Made by a program: the position numbers and the translations under genes
The notes under the pieces: model-generated
Seen by the model: the letters and a program-made list of their open reading frames with translations, nothing else
What the model was told of the DNA's origin: nothing
The model's database searches: none
Shown here: positions 1-11,184 of the stretch, piece after piece
How the letters are laid out: every line of letters begins with the position of its first letter
Position numbering within the stretch: position 1 is the first letter of the stretch
Assembly (NCBI GenBank): GCA_021845555.1
Contig: JAJZVS010000001.1
Span: 1-40,227 of the forward strand
Source: Pseudomonadota bacterium
GTDB taxonomy: Bacteria; Pseudomonadota; Alphaproteobacteria; Acetobacterales; Acetobacteraceae
Direction: 5' to 3'
DNA length: 40,227 bases

Positions 1-421
1 CGATCACGAAGCGCGTGGCCTCGGCGCAGTCGTCGACCGCGGCGGGGAACGGATGCTCCGGCGCCATCCGGTAATCGACGGAAACCACCACGCAGCCGGC
101 CGCGTTGGCGAAGCGCCGGCACACCACGTCGTGCGAGTCGAGCCCGCCGAGCAGCCAGCCGCCGCCGTGGTAATAGACCAGCGCGGGTGCGCGTTCCCCG
201 ACGCCGGCCGGACGATAGAGGCGCAGCGGAATGTCCCCCAGCGGGCCGGGCGCGGACAAATTGCGTACCTCGGCCACCGGCTCGGGGTCGGGCTGCAACA
301 CCGCGCGGCTCTTCATGTAAGCCTCGCGCGCTTCGTTCGGGGTGAGTTGCTCGAACGGCGGCCGACCGGCCATCCGGATCATTTCGAGCACCAGGAGAAC
401 ATCGGGATCGAGCGTCGTCAT
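1..421 (-). CDS. alpha/beta hydrolase, HSL-family esterase/lipase (3' end runs off the window)
   Basis: Not in the ORF track. Hand translation of the minus strand from ATG at 421 gives MTTLDPDVLLVLEMIRMAGRPPFEQLTP...LVYYHGGGWLLGGLDSHDVVCRRFANAAGCVVVSVDYRMAPEHPFPAAVDD, containing the HGGGW and DYRxAPEHPFPAA motifs of the HSL family. Confidence 0.9.
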   Translation of the reverse strand, partial: MTTLDPDVLLVLEMIRMAGRPPFEQLTPNEAREAYMKSRAVLQPDPEPVAEVRNLSAPGPLGDIPLRLYRPAGVGERAPALVYYHGGGWLLGGLDSHDVVCRRFANAAGCVVVSVDYRMAPEHPFPAAVDDCAEATRFVI

Positions 422-432
422 CGTTCGGTTTC

Positions 433-1215
433 CTATGCGGTCCAGCCGAGGATCGCCTCGGCCACCGCGTGCGGCTGGTCGAGTTCGGCAAGATGTCCGG
501 CGCCGTCGATCATGCGTACTTCCGTTTCGCCCTTGATCGCGGCGCGGAAGCGCTCGGCGTAGCTTGTCGGCATGATCCGGTCCTGTGTGCCCCACAGCAG
601 CAGCGTGGGGGCTGCGATCAGCGGCAGGCGCTTTTCCAGCCGCGTGTTGCCGAGCGGCCAGAAGATGCGCGCGGCGGCTTCGGCGGCGCGGGTCTGCTCG
701 ATCGGCCATTCGATCGAGTTTGCACCTTCCGGCATCGCCTTCAGCGCCTTCCAGATTTCTGGATCGGCGCACATCAGGCCGGGCACCGCGTCCGCCCGTT
801 GCGCCCAGGGATCGGTGGGCGGGTCCTTCTCCTCGAACAGGCCGAACGGCGCGATCAGCGCCAGCTTGCGCACGCTGGCGGGCCAGACCGCCGCCATCTC
901 GGCCGCTAGCGAGGCGCCGACCGAACTGCCCGCCAGATCGGCCCCCGTGAGGCCCGCCTGATCCAGGATCGCGCGCACCGCCAGCAGCCAGTCCAGATGC
1001 GTATCGAGCACGCCATGGCCGCGATCGCCGCCGGGAAACCCCGGCAGGGACGGCACGATGACGGTGCGCTGTGCGGCCAGCGCATCGAGGAACGGCACCC
1101 AGCGCGGCAGCCCCCCGAACCCGGCGAGGAAGCCGAGCCTCGGCCCGCTGCCCTTGCGCCAGACCCGGGTCGGGAAGCCGTTGATATCCATCGTCGTGGT
1201 TTCGGGTTCGCTCAC
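433..1215 (-). CDS. alpha/beta fold hydrolase
   Basis: GSSVG nucleophile elbow, WGTQD acid residue and GAGH His motif. GTG start at 1215 follows a GGAGAG SD-like sequence; the ORF track extends to 1230. Confidence 0.85.
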   Translation of the reverse strand: MSEPETTTMDINGFPTRVWRKGSGPRLGFLAGFGGLPRWVPFLDALAAQRTVIVPSLPGFPGGDRGHGVLDTHLDWLLAVRAILDQAGLTGADLAGSSVGASLAAEMAAVWPASVRKLALIAPFGLFEEKDPPTDPWAQRADAVPGLMCADPEIWKALKAMPEGANSIEWPIEQTRAAEAAARIFWPLGNTRLEKRLPLIAAPTLLLWGTQDRIMPTSYAERFRAAIKGETEVRMIDGAGHLAELDQPHAVAEAILGWTA

Positions 1216-1258
1216 CCTGCTCTCCAACAAATCGGCACGGAAGGGGTCGGGGCGCGGC

Positions 1259-2539
1259 CTATTCCGCCGCCAGTTTCGGCAGGAAGGCGGGAACCTCCGC
1301 CCGCTGCGCGGCCCCGATCGGCTGTGGCCACCAGCGGTCTTCCCATTCGCCGAACAGATCCTTCATGTTCGGCAGCACCTTGTCGGCGAACAGCTTGGTG
1401 TTGTAGCGGCACAGCTCTTTGCCCATGTTCCCGAACTGCAACAGCAGCATCAGGTGGCCGACGTTCAGGCTGCGCGCCACTTCGCGCAGCTGTTCCGTCA
1501 CTTCGTCGGGGGAGCCGATGATGACATAGCCGCGATCGACGATCGCATCCATCTCGCGCGCCACGGCCGCGAAACGGGTGCCGGTGGTGGAACCGATCGC
1601 GCCGGCGCCGGCCGCCTGCTGGATCTGGCTCTTGATGCCGGCTGCCTGGGTCGCCTCGGTGACGTAGCCGGGCGGCGTCGCCCAGCGAGGATCGACATGC
1701 AGGCAGCGGCCGTAGAAATACTCGGCGGCTTCCGAATACAGGTCGAAAGCGTGCTGGCGGCTCTCGCCGACGCCGACGAATTGCAGGAAGCCGGCGCGGT
1801 ACGGGTTGCGGTCCTTGCCGAGGCGGGACATCTCGTTCCAGAACCCGTCCATCAGCGCCTGCCCGGCCTTGTAGCCGTAGTAGGACAGGTAGCAATAGAC
1901 GTAGTCCATTTCGGCGCACCACTGCCAGGTCTCCACCGAACCGCCGCCGGGGATCCAGATCGGCGGATGCGGGCGCTGGATCGGGCGCGGCCAGATGTTC
2001 ACGTAGCGCTGCTGGTTGTAGCGGCCGTTGAAGGCGAAAGTGTCCTTCTCCTGCCAGGCGCGCATCACCAGGTCGTGCGCTTCGAGGTAGCGGGAGCGCA
2101 GTTGGCTCGGGTTGGTGCCGTAGGCGTAGCAGGTGTCCATCGGCGTGCCTACGGGGAAGCCGGCGATCAGCCGCCCGCCCGAGATCACGTCGATCATCGC
2201 GAATTCTTCCGCCACCCGCGTCGGCGGATTGTACAGCGCGAGCGAATTGCCCATCACGCAGATCGCGGTATCGGTGGTGCGCCGTGCCAGCGCCGAGGCG
2301 ATCAGGTTGGGCGAAGGCATCAGCCCGTAGCCGTTAGAATGGTGCTCGTTCACGCACACCGCGTCGAACCCGCACTGCGCGGCATATTCGAGCTCGTCCA
2401 TGAAGTCGTTGTACATGTGGTGGGCGCGCTTGGGGTCGAACAGCTTGGAGTGGATATCGACCCAGACGGACGGGTTGGTGTCGCGGAAATCGTCCGGCAG
2501 CTCGGTATAGGGCATCAGGTGGAACCACATGAGCTTCAT
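1259..2539 (-). CDS. LLM-class (luciferase-like) flavin-dependent oxidoreductase
   Basis: 426 aa with NEHH, PTRVAEEFAMIDVISGGRLIAG and PRPIQRPHPPIW motifs; GGAGG SD upstream. Confidence 0.9.
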   Translation of the reverse strand: MKLMWFHLMPYTELPDDFRDTNPSVWVDIHSKLFDPKRAHHMYNDFMDELEYAAQCGFDAVCVNEHHSNGYGLMPSPNLIASALARRTTDTAICVMGNSLALYNPPTRVAEEFAMIDVISGGRLIAGFPVGTPMDTCYAYGTNPSQLRSRYLEAHDLVMRAWQEKDTFAFNGRYNQQRYVNIWPRPIQRPHPPIWIPGGGSVETWQWCAEMDYVYCYLSYYGYKAGQALMDGFWNEMSRLGKDRNPYRAGFLQFVGVGESRQHAFDLYSEAAEYFYGRCLHVDPRWATPPGYVTEATQAAGIKSQIQQAAGAGAIGSTTGTRFAAVAREMDAIVDRGYVIIGSPDEVTEQLREVARSLNVGHLMLLLQFGNMGKELCRYNTKLFADKVLPNMKDLFGEWEDRWWPQPIGAAQRAEVPAFLPKLAAE

Positions 2540-2611
2540 GGACGCGGACCTCCGTTTGCTTGGCTTGGGGCGCGGGGCGGGCGCCGGTGTCAGCGTCGCC
2601 GCCGCGCATGC

Positions 2612-2651
2612 TGCTACCGGTGAGTAGCACGGCTGCCCCCGGCCGCGTCAA
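2612..2651 (-). promoter_or_regulatory. putative sigma70-type promoter with overlapping palindromic operator for the LLM operon
   Basis: Minus strand reads TTGACG-N17-GCTACT. The inverted repeat TGCTAC-N6-GTAGCA (2612-2629) overlaps the -10/start region. Confidence 0.4.
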
Positions 2652-2756
2652 CCGCCGAACCCGCGCGGGACGCCCCCCGCTGGACGCCCTGGGCCGGCCG
2701 CCGCAGTCTCGCGCCCCCGGACCGGGTCGGTCCGCAGCCTTCAGGGAGCGCCCGCC

Positions 2757-3524
2757 ATGGCTCTACGCATCGGGATTGCCGGCCTCACCGGCCGGATGGG
2801 GCGGCTGCTGGCCGAGGAGGTCCCCGCCGCCGGAGCGGCTCTGGTCGGCGGCACCTCCCGCTCCGGCGCCGCGCCGCCGCCCGGCGTGAAGGTGACGGAT
2901 CTCGCCAGCCTCGCCGCCGCGGCGGACGTGGTGATCGACTTCACCCATGCCTCGGCCGTGCAGGGCCATGCGGCGACGCTGGCCGCCGCCGGCACCGCCT
3001 GGGTGCTCGGCACGTCGGGCCTGTCGGCGGCCGACGAGGCGGCGGTGGCGGCGGCGGCCCGCACCATTCCGGTGGTCTATGCGGCGAATTTCTCCGCCGG
3101 GGTGAACCTGGTGCTGGCACTGGCCGAGCGTATGGCCGCGGCGCTGCCGGCCGAGAGCTACGACGCCGAAATCCTGGAGATGCACCATCGTCAGAAGGTG
3201 GACGCGCCGTCCGGCACCGCGATCGGCCTCGGCCGGGCGGTGGCACGCGGCCGCGGGGTGGCGCTGGAGGCGGTGATGGAAAGCGGGCGGGATGGCCATA
3301 CCGGCCCGCGCAAGCCCGGCGCCATCGGCTTCGCCGCCCTGCGCGGCGGCCAGGTGGTGGGCGAGCACACGCTGATCTTCGCCGCGGGGACCGAGCATAT
3401 CGCGCTGACCCATCGCGCCTTCGACCGGCGGACCTTCGCCACCGGCGCCGTGCGCGCCGCGCTGTGGGCCGCCGGCCGGACCCCGGGCCTCTATTCCATG
3501 CAGGACGTGCTCGGCATCGGCTGA
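2757..3524 (+). CDS. dapB: 4-hydroxy-tetrahydrodipicolinate reductase
   Basis: GLTGRMG nucleotide-binding loop, VIDFT, and the [15 protein letters not shown] signature. Confidence 0.97.
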   Translation: MALRIGIAGLTGRMGRLLAEEVPAAGAALVGGTSRSGAAPPPGVKVTDLASLAAAADVVIDFTHASAVQGHAATLAAAGTAWVLGTSGLSAADEAAVAAAARTIPVVYAANFSAGVNLVLALAERMAAALPAESYDAEILEMHHRQKVDAPSGTAIGLGRAVARGRGVALEAVMESGRDGHTGPRKPGAIGFAALRGGQVVGEHTLIFAAGTEHIALTHRAFDRRTFATGAVRAALWAAGRTPGLYSMQDVLGIG

Positions 3525-3551
3525 ACCGGCCCCGACCCGCGCGGGCGGTTC

Positions 3552-3580
3552 TTGACCCTGGCAGGGGTTTCCGCCAATGA
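3552..3580 (+). promoter_or_regulatory. putative sigma70 promoter of metK
   Basis: TTGACC-N17-CAATGA in the dapB-metK spacer. Confidence 0.4.
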
Positions 3581-3675
3581 GGCCCGCCCCCGGCACCCGG
3601 CCGCGGGCGGCGGCCGGTCTGTCCGCGCCACCCCTTTCGTCACCTCCCAAGACACCGCGACAAGAGGCGAAATCC

Positions 3676-4863
<1,188 letters not shown>

Positions 4864-5554
4864 AGCCGCCGCCCGACCGGCTGTACGGCAGGGGGCGCGG
4901 CCACGCGCTGCGGCCCCGCCAGCATCTGCTGCTGGATGTCACCCTGCCGCGCCTGGAATTCCCCGCGACCGCGAGCGCCGATCCGGCCGCCGCCTTCGCG
5001 CCGCGCCCGCGCGCGCTGGCGCTGGAAGTGGGGTTCGGCGGCGGCGAGCACGCGCTGGCGCAGATCGCCGCCGACCCGGACACCGCGCTGATCGCCTGCG
5101 AGGTGTTCGAGAACGGCATCTGCTCGCTGCTGTCGCGCCTGGTCCCGGAGGGGGGCGAGGCGAGTGCGCCGCTGCCGGCGAACCTGCGCCTGTGGACCGA
5201 CGACGCACGGACCCTCCTGCGGTTGTTGCCGGACGCCTGCCTGGACCGGCTGTTCCTGCTGTTCCCTGACCCCTGGCCGAAGACGCGCCACGCCAAGCGC
5301 CGCTTCGTCCATCCCGCCGCGCTGCCCGACCTAGCGCGCGTGCTGCGCCCCGGCGCCGCGTGGCGGGTGGCCAGCGACGATCCGACCTATCAGGACTGGG
5401 TGACGGAGGTGATGGCGGCGCAGACGCTGTTCTGCGCGCCGCCGCCCGCCCGCGTGCGTCCCGCGGGCTGGCCGCCGACGCGCTATGAGGCAAAGGCCCT
5501 GCGCGCCGGGCGCACCCCGCGCTACTGGCAGTTCATCCGGCGGTAGCCGCCTTT

Positions 5555-5603
5555 ATACCGACCGCCGTTGACCCATGAAGGATGGGTCAACGGCGGTCGG
5601 TAT
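5555..5603. repeat. perfect 22-bp inverted repeat (REP/MITE-like palindrome; possible bidirectional terminator)
   Basis: ATACCGACCGCCGTTGACCCAT-gaagg-ATGGGTCAACGGCGGTCGGTAT, located between convergent genes. Confidence 0.85.
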
Positions 5604-5658
5604 GAGTCTCAGTCGGCGCGCGGCCGCCCCACCAACCCCCAGCGGCAACCCCGCGCGC

Positions 5659-5711
5659 GATACCAGCCGCCCCAAATACCGAATCTTCCGTTATTTCGGG
5701 CGGCTGGTATC
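5659..5711. repeat. second related palindrome with ATACC...GGTAT ends
   Basis: GATACCAGCCGCCC-c-AAATA-loop-TATTT-c-GGGCGGCTGGTATC; it overlaps the stop codon of the 5710-6111 ORF. Confidence 0.8.
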
Positions 5712-6111
5712 ACTCGCCGGGTCGAACGGCGGTTCCGCTCTTGCCGAATGTCGGGGGGCCGGCAGCCGATTCCTCGTGGCCCCCGCAGACCTTGCGCAGC
5801 CGGGCGACCACGACACGGGCACGGTCCAGCGCCTCGTCGCTCGAGCGCCGGTTCTGGTTGTCGCTTTCCGGCCGGCGGGTCTGCATGAATTCGAGTACCT
5901 GCAGCAACTCCTCCGCGGTGTCCAGATCGCGGCTCATGCAGGCTTCCTCAAGCACGTCCTCGATCTTGTCGGACAGGCGCCGCCGGAGCGAGACGTACAT
6001 GCGGTTCATCCGCTCGGCGGGAACCCCGTTCCGGTCGCCGTGCAATCCCTGCGACGGATGCAGCCAGGACTTCTGCGCCGACAACCACGATCGAGTCTTT
6101 CCCATACTCAC
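5710..6111 (-). CDS. hypothetical small helical protein (RRLSDKI...AC..D...AE.LL.VLE motif)
   Basis: 133 aa with a GGGAGA SD before GTG. The core motif resembles, from memory, a family of uncharacterised Rhodospirillales proteins. Confidence 0.7.
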   Translation of the reverse strand: MSMGKTRSWLSAQKSWLHPSQGLHGDRNGVPAERMNRMYVSLRRRLSDKIEDVLEEACMSRDLDTAEELLQVLEFMQTRRPESDNQNRRSSDEALDRARVVVARLRKVCGGHEESAAGPPTFGKSGTAVRPGE

Positions 6112-6286
6112 GGTCTCCCTGGCACCTGCCTTCGGTCACGCCCGCCGGCCTCCTCCGATGGGGGGCCGGCACGGCCGGTCGGCAGGCTGCCGACACCTCG
6201 CCGCCAACGGCTGATGCCATTCCGGTGGTTACATCGCTGTTTCATCCCGTTCGTTCGATTTGGGGACGCGGAGGGGGCGCGAGCGG

Positions 6287-8332
6287 TCAGGCTTCCGGAA
6301 CGTTGGCTTCGAGCTCCGCCAACCAAGCCCGCGCGTTGCCGTCGGACGGCGCGCGCCAGTCCCCGCGCGGCGACAGCGCGCCGCCGGCCACCACCTTCGG
6401 CCCGTTCGGCAGCGCCGAGCGCTTGAACTGGCTGGTGGTGAAGAAACGAAACAGGAACTCGCGCAGCCAGCGACGGATCTCGGCCAACGTATAGGCGGTG
6501 CGGCGGGAGGCCGGGAAGCCGGGCGGCCAGTCCCCGCGCGCCGGGTCCTCCCAGGCGTGCAGCGCCAGGAAGGCGATCTTGGACGGGCGGAACCCGTGGC
6601 GCAGCGTGTAGAACAGCGCGAAATCCGCCAGCGCGTAGGGACCGACGCGTGCCTCGGTGCTCTGCGGCGCCTCGCCCGGCGCGGCGGGGATCAGTTCGGG
6701 GGAGATTTCCGTCTCCAGGATCGCGTCCAGCGTGTGCCCGGCGTCATCGCCGAAGCGCGCGCCGGCGACGACCCAGCGGATCAGGTGCTGGATCAGCGTC
6801 TTCGGCACGCCGGCGTTCACGTTGTAGTGCGACATCTGATCGCCCACGCCGTAGGTGCACCAGCCGAGCGCCAGTTCCGACAGATCGCCGGTGCCGATCA
6901 CGATGCCGTCGTTGTGGTTGGCGAGACGGAACAGGTAGTCGGTGCGCAGCCCCGCCTGCACGTTCTCGAAAGTGATGTCGTAGGTTGCGGCACCGGCGGC
7001 GTAGGGATGGCCGAGGTCTTCCAGCATGCGCAGCGCCGCCGGGCGGATGTCGAGTTCGGCCCAGGTGACGCCGAGCGCCGTCATCAGCGCGATGGCGTTG
7101 GCCTTGGTCGCGTCCCCGGTGGCGAAGCCCGGCATGGTGTAGGCCAGGATGTCGCTGCGCTTGCGGCCCAGCCGATCGAACGCCTGCGCGGTGACCAGCA
7201 GCGCCTGGGTGGAATCGAGGCCGCCGGAGACGCCGATCACCGCGCGCCTGATGCCTGCCGCTTCCAGCCGCTGCGCGAGCCCCGCCACCTGGATATTGTA
7301 GGCCTCGAAACAATCCTGTTCGAGCCGCGCGGGGTCGGACGGCACGAACGGGAAGCGCTCCACCACGCGCATCAGCCCGAGATCGCCGCGCGGCGGATCG
7401 AGCCGGAACGGGATGCGACGGAACGCCCTGGTGGCCTCGGCGTGGCCGCGCCGGTTGTCGTCGAAACTTCCCGCCCGCATGCGCTCCTGGCGCAGCAGAT
7501 CGAGATCGATATCGGCCAGCGCGATCCGCTCCCCGTCGGGGAAACGCTCCGTCTCGGCGAGCTTCACGCCGCTCTCGAAGATCGAGGCCTGGCCGTCCCA
7601 AGCGACATCGGTGGTGGATTCACCGGCGCCCGCGGCGGCATACAGATAGGCGCTGAGGCAGCGCACCGATTGCGACTGGCAGAGCAGCCGGCGGGTGTCG
7701 GCCTTGCCGATGGTGATCGGGCTGCCGGACAGATTGGCGAGCACCGACGCGCCGGCCAGCGCGGCGAGCGAACTGGGCGGCACCGGTACCCAGAGGTCCT
7801 CGCAGATCTCGGCGTGCACGATCAGGTCGGGCAGGTCCTCGGCGCCGAACAGCAGATCGGGGCCGAACGGCGCGGCATGGCCGGCCACGCGTGTCTCGGC
7901 GCCGTGCCAGCCCTCCCCGGCGGCGAACTGGCGCGGTTCGTAGAACTCCCGGTAGTTGGGGAGATAGGATTTCGGCACCACGCCGAGCAACCGGCCGCGG
8001 TGGATCGCCAGCGCGGTGTTGTAGACCCGCCCGTGGTGGCGCAGCGGCGCGCCGACCAGCAGCAGCGGGAGCAGAGTGCGGCTGGCCTCGATCAGCGCCG
8101 CGGCGGCGGCTTCCACCGCATCCAGCAGCGCGTCCGCCAGCCGCAGGTCGTCGATCGCGTAGGCAGAAAGCGCGAGTTCCGGAAACACCGCGAGCGCGGC
8201 GCCGCGGTCGTGGCAGGTGCGGGCGGCGTGCAGGATCGCCTCGGCATTGGCCGCCGGATCGGCGAGCGCGGCCTTCACCGTGCAGGCCGCGACGCGGGCG
8301 AAGCCGTGCCGGTAGAGCGAACGGAAGCTCAT
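6287..8332 (-). CDS. nadE: glutamine-dependent NAD+ synthetase
   Basis: N-terminal nitrilase domain (FPEL, PKSYLPNYREFYE, EICEDLW) plus synthetase domain (GVSGGLDS, ENVQAGLR, GTGDLSE, SQFKRS). Confidence 0.97.
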   Translation of the reverse strand: MSFRSLYRHGFARVAACTVKAALADPAANAEAILHAARTCHDRGAALAVFPELALSAYAIDDLRLADALLDAVEAAAAALIEASRTLLPLLLVGAPLRHHGRVYNTALAIHRGRLLGVVPKSYLPNYREFYEPRQFAAGEGWHGAETRVAGHAAPFGPDLLFGAEDLPDLIVHAEICEDLWVPVPPSSLAALAGASVLANLSGSPITIGKADTRRLLCQSQSVRCLSAYLYAAAGAGESTTDVAWDGQASIFESGVKLAETERFPDGERIALADIDLDLLRQERMRAGSFDDNRRGHAEATRAFRRIPFRLDPPRGDLGLMRVVERFPFVPSDPARLEQDCFEAYNIQVAGLAQRLEAAGIRRAVIGVSGGLDSTQALLVTAQAFDRLGRKRSDILAYTMPGFATGDATKANAIALMTALGVTWAELDIRPAALRMLEDLGHPYAAGAATYDITFENVQAGLRTDYLFRLANHNDGIVIGTGDLSELALGWCTYGVGDQMSHYNVNAGVPKTLIQHLIRWVVAGARFGDDAGHTLDAILETEISPELIPAAPGEAPQSTEARVGPYALADFALFYTLRHGFRPSKIAFLALHAWEDPARGDWPPGFPASRRTAYTLAEIRRWLREFLFRFFTTSQFKRSALPNGPKVVAGGALSPRGDWRAPSDGNARAWLAELEANVPEA

Positions 8333-8374
8333 GCGGTCCAGCCGCGATCGGAGGTCGACATGCTGCTTTCCTTC

Positions 8375-9493
8375 TCAGTCCGCCACGACGGTTGCGGCCG
8401 GCACGACCGCGATCCCCAGCGCCTCACCCACCGCCGGGTGAACCAGCGTCCCGGCATGCAACGCGAGGCCCGCGCGCAGATGCGCGTCATCGCCCAGCGC
8501 CCGCCGCCAGCCCTTGCCTGCCAGGGCCGCCACGAACGGCAAGGTAGCGTTGGTCAGCGCGAGGGTGGAGGTGCGCGCGACCGCGCCCGGCATGTTGGTC
8601 ACGCAATAATGCACCACGCCTTCGTCCACATAGGTGGGCGCGGCATGGGTGGTCGGGCGCGAGGTGGCGAAGCAGCCGCCCTGGTCGATGGCGATATCGA
8701 CCAGCACCGAACCCGGCCGCATCGCGCGCACCATCTCGCGCGAGACCAGCTTCGGCGCCGCCGCGCCGGGCACCAGCACCGCGCCGATCACCAGATCGGC
8801 GGCCCGCACCGCCTGCTCGATCGTTTCGGTGGTCGAGAACAACGTGGTGGCGCGGGCGCCGAATTGCAGGTCGAGCGCGTAAAGACGCGGCAGGGATTTG
8901 TCGATGATGGTGACGGAGGCTTCGAGCCCCGCCGCCATGCGCGCCGCGTTGGTGCCGGCCACGCCGCCGCCGAGCACCACCACCTTGGCCGGCGCCACGC
9001 CCGGCACGCCGCCAAGGAGAATGCCCGCGCCGCCCTGCTCGCGCTCCAGGCAGTGCGCGCCGACCTGCACCGCCATCCGTCCCGCGACCTCGCTCATCGG
9101 CGCCAGCAACGGCAGGGAACCGCGCGCGTCGGTGACGGTCTCGTAGGCGATCGCGGTGACGCCGGAGGCGAGCAGCGCTTCGGTCTGCGCCCGGTCGGCG
9201 GCCAGATGCAGGTAGGTGAACAGCACCTGGCCGGGGTGCAGCCGGGCGATCTCGACCGGTTGTGGCTCCTTGACCTTCACGATCAGCTCGGCGTCGGCGA
9301 ACACCGCGGCGGCATCGGCGAGGATGGTGGCGCCGGCGGCCTGGTAGGCCGCATCCGGGATGCCAATCCCGCCGGCGGCGCCGTGTTCCACCAGTACCGC
9401 GTGGCCGTGCGCCACCAGTTCGCGCACGCCCGCCGGCGTCAGGCCGACGCGGGATTCCTCGGTCTTGATCTCCTTCGGCACGCCGATGCGCAC
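8375..9493 (-). CDS. ald: alanine dehydrogenase
   Basis: [36 protein letters not shown] and NMPGAV motifs. Confidence 0.97.
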   Translation of the reverse strand: MRIGVPKEIKTEESRVGLTPAGVRELVAHGHAVLVEHGAAGGIGIPDAAYQAAGATILADAAAVFADAELIVKVKEPQPVEIARLHPGQVLFTYLHLAADRAQTEALLASGVTAIAYETVTDARGSLPLLAPMSEVAGRMAVQVGAHCLEREQGGAGILLGGVPGVAPAKVVVLGGGVAGTNAARMAAGLEASVTIIDKSLPRLYALDLQFGARATTLFSTTETIEQAVRAADLVIGAVLVPGAAAPKLVSREMVRAMRPGSVLVDIAIDQGGCFATSRPTTHAAPTYVDEGVVHYCVTNMPGAVARTSTLALTNATLPFVAALAGKGWRRALGDDAHLRAGLALHAGTLVHPAVGEALGIAVVPAATVVAD

Positions 9494-9515
9494 GGGAACC
9501 TCCTGGGTCGGGCGG

Positions 9516-10064
9516 TCAGGCCGGCAGCGGGAACTGCCGCAGATAGGGCATGTAGTCCTCCTCGACCTCGATTTGCAGGCTCCCCAGCACGCGCACCACG
9601 CCGCAATAGAACGAGATGGTGACGATCAGGTCCACCAGCAGTTCGGCGTCGAACGCGGCGGCCAGCGTCGCGTAGGTGGCATCCGTCACCGCGCCCGCCG
9701 CGGTGATCTCCCGCGCCGCGAGCAGCACGGTCCGCGCGAGCGGATCGAGCGCCGAGCCGCGTCCCTCGGTTTCCGCGATCAGCGCGCGGATGTCGTCGTC
9801 ACTGACGCCGAAATCATGGCCGATCTTGATATGGTGCGACCATTCGTACGGCGCGCGCGCCAGATACCCCACCTGCAGGATCGCCAGTTCGCGCAGCCGC
9901 GGATCGAGCTTGCTGCCGTGGCGGATATAGTGACCGAGCGCGGAAAACGCCCGTAGCGCGCCGGGCGAGTTGATCAGCGCCTTGTGCAGCGCGATCGGCC
10001 GGGCGAGCAGATCGCGGTGCTCGGCCGCCACGTCGGTGGGACCGAGGGAGGGAACACGGGCCAT
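9516..10064 (-). CDS. carboxymuconolactone decarboxylase (AhpD-like) family protein
   Basis: LDPRLRELAIL...YEWSHH and ELLVDLIVTISFY motifs; ATG at 10064 follows GGAG. Confidence 0.85.
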   Translation of the reverse strand: MARVPSLGPTDVAAEHRDLLARPIALHKALINSPGALRAFSALGHYIRHGSKLDPRLRELAILQVGYLARAPYEWSHHIKIGHDFGVSDDDIRALIAETEGRGSALDPLARTVLLAAREITAAGAVTDATYATLAAAFDAELLVDLIVTISFYCGVVRVLGSLQIEVEEDYMPYLRQFPLPA

Positions 10065-10077
10065 CGGGCGCACTCCG

Positions 10078-10989
10078 TTACATGGCGTGTTGGGCCGCGT
10101 GCAGGGGCGCGAGGAAATCAGGGTCGAAGACCCTGGTCGCCAGCACCTGGCAGCGGCGGATCAGGCGGGGCTCATCGGCGCGATAGTCGGCGATCGCGCG
10201 GTGGATGGTGCCGAGATGATCCCAGACCAGAAGGTCGTTCTCGGTCCAGACATGGGTCCAGCGGAACTCGGGACGAAGCTGGTGGGCGAACAGGAACGCC
10301 AGCATCTCAGCGCTTTCGGCTTCCGGCAGTTCGTTGATGCGTTCCGCGTAGCCGGGGTTGCAATAGAGCACCTTCCGTCCGGTGATCGGGTGGGTCAGGA
10401 ACAGCGGATGCACCGCCGGCGGACGGGCGCGCCGCTGTTCGGGCGTCAGCGGCGGGCGGGTGCTGCCGGCCCGGCGCGCGTTCTCCCAGTACTGGTTGAA
10501 ATCATGCGTCACGGTGGCGTCGGCGAGGCGCGCGCGCAGCGCTTCCGGCAGCGCGTCGTACGCCGCGTGCATGTTGGCGAACTCGGTGCCGCCTAGCGCA
10601 CGCCCGTCGCGGCGGGGGATGCGCACGCCGTACAGCACGTTCACGAAGCCCATCAGGTCGCGGTAGGACATGTCGGTGTGCCAGTCCTGCCCGGCGTCGG
10701 GAAAGCCGATGAGCTGCCCGCCTTGGCGGATGTTGGAAAGCACGCCAACTTCCGGCACCGCGCGTCCCGCCGCGGCCTCCTTCGCCACCGAGCCCTGGAT
10801 CGCGCCGAAGCGTTCGGCGAAGCCGCGCAGAGCCGGATCGTCCAGGTGCTGATCGGGAAAGCGCAGCACGCCGTGCCGGCCGAGCGCGAGCAGCAGCCGC
10901 GCGAAATCGCCCGCATCGATCGGGCCGGCCGTGTCCAGCCCCTCGATCGTGGCGCCGAGGATTGCATCGTTCGGCCTGACCGTGAACAT
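10078..10989 (-). CDS. TauD/TfdA family alpha-ketoglutarate-dependent dioxygenase
   Basis: LGATIEGLD start, WHTDMSY (HxD), GGTEFANM, HPITGRKVLY and WDHLGTIHRA; ATG at 10989 follows AAGGAGG. The upstream part of the 773-aa ORF is antisense to the SBP gene. Confidence 0.92.
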   Translation of the reverse strand: MFTVRPNDAILGATIEGLDTAGPIDAGDFARLLLALGRHGVLRFPDQHLDDPALRGFAERFGAIQGSVAKEAAAGRAVPEVGVLSNIRQGGQLIGFPDAGQDWHTDMSYRDLMGFVNVLYGVRIPRRDGRALGGTEFANMHAAYDALPEALRARLADATVTHDFNQYWENARRAGSTRPPLTPEQRRARPPAVHPLFLTHPITGRKVLYCNPGYAERINELPEAESAEMLAFLFAHQLRPEFRWTHVWTENDLLVWDHLGTIHRAIADYRADEPRLIRRCQVLATRVFDPDFLAPLHAAQHAM

Positions 10990-11184
10990 CGCCCCGCCCC
11001 TCCTTCGCTTGCCGCCGCGCAGTCTAGCGCGCGTCGGCCCCGGCGCGCAGGGGCCTTTGCGGGGTGCTTTTTCGATTGCATCCCCGGCCGCTCCGGCCCC
11101 ACAGTCGCCCCGCCGGCCCCCGGGCCGACGTCCGCGCTGACCCCTGGGCTGGTCAAGACCTATAAGCCACAGGGAGAACAAAAC

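Noticed and set aside
3525..3675. SAM riboswitch upstream of metK
   Set aside because: I could not find SAM-II or SAM-SAH consensus elements by eye; an Infernal/Rfam scan would settle it.
6260..9622. Very long + strand ORF (1120 aa) and similar giants (33038-36019, 36004-38145, 37640-40069, 29264-31423)
   Set aside because: These are antisense shadows of well-supported genes. High GC suppresses stop codons, and the translations have no recognisable motifs.
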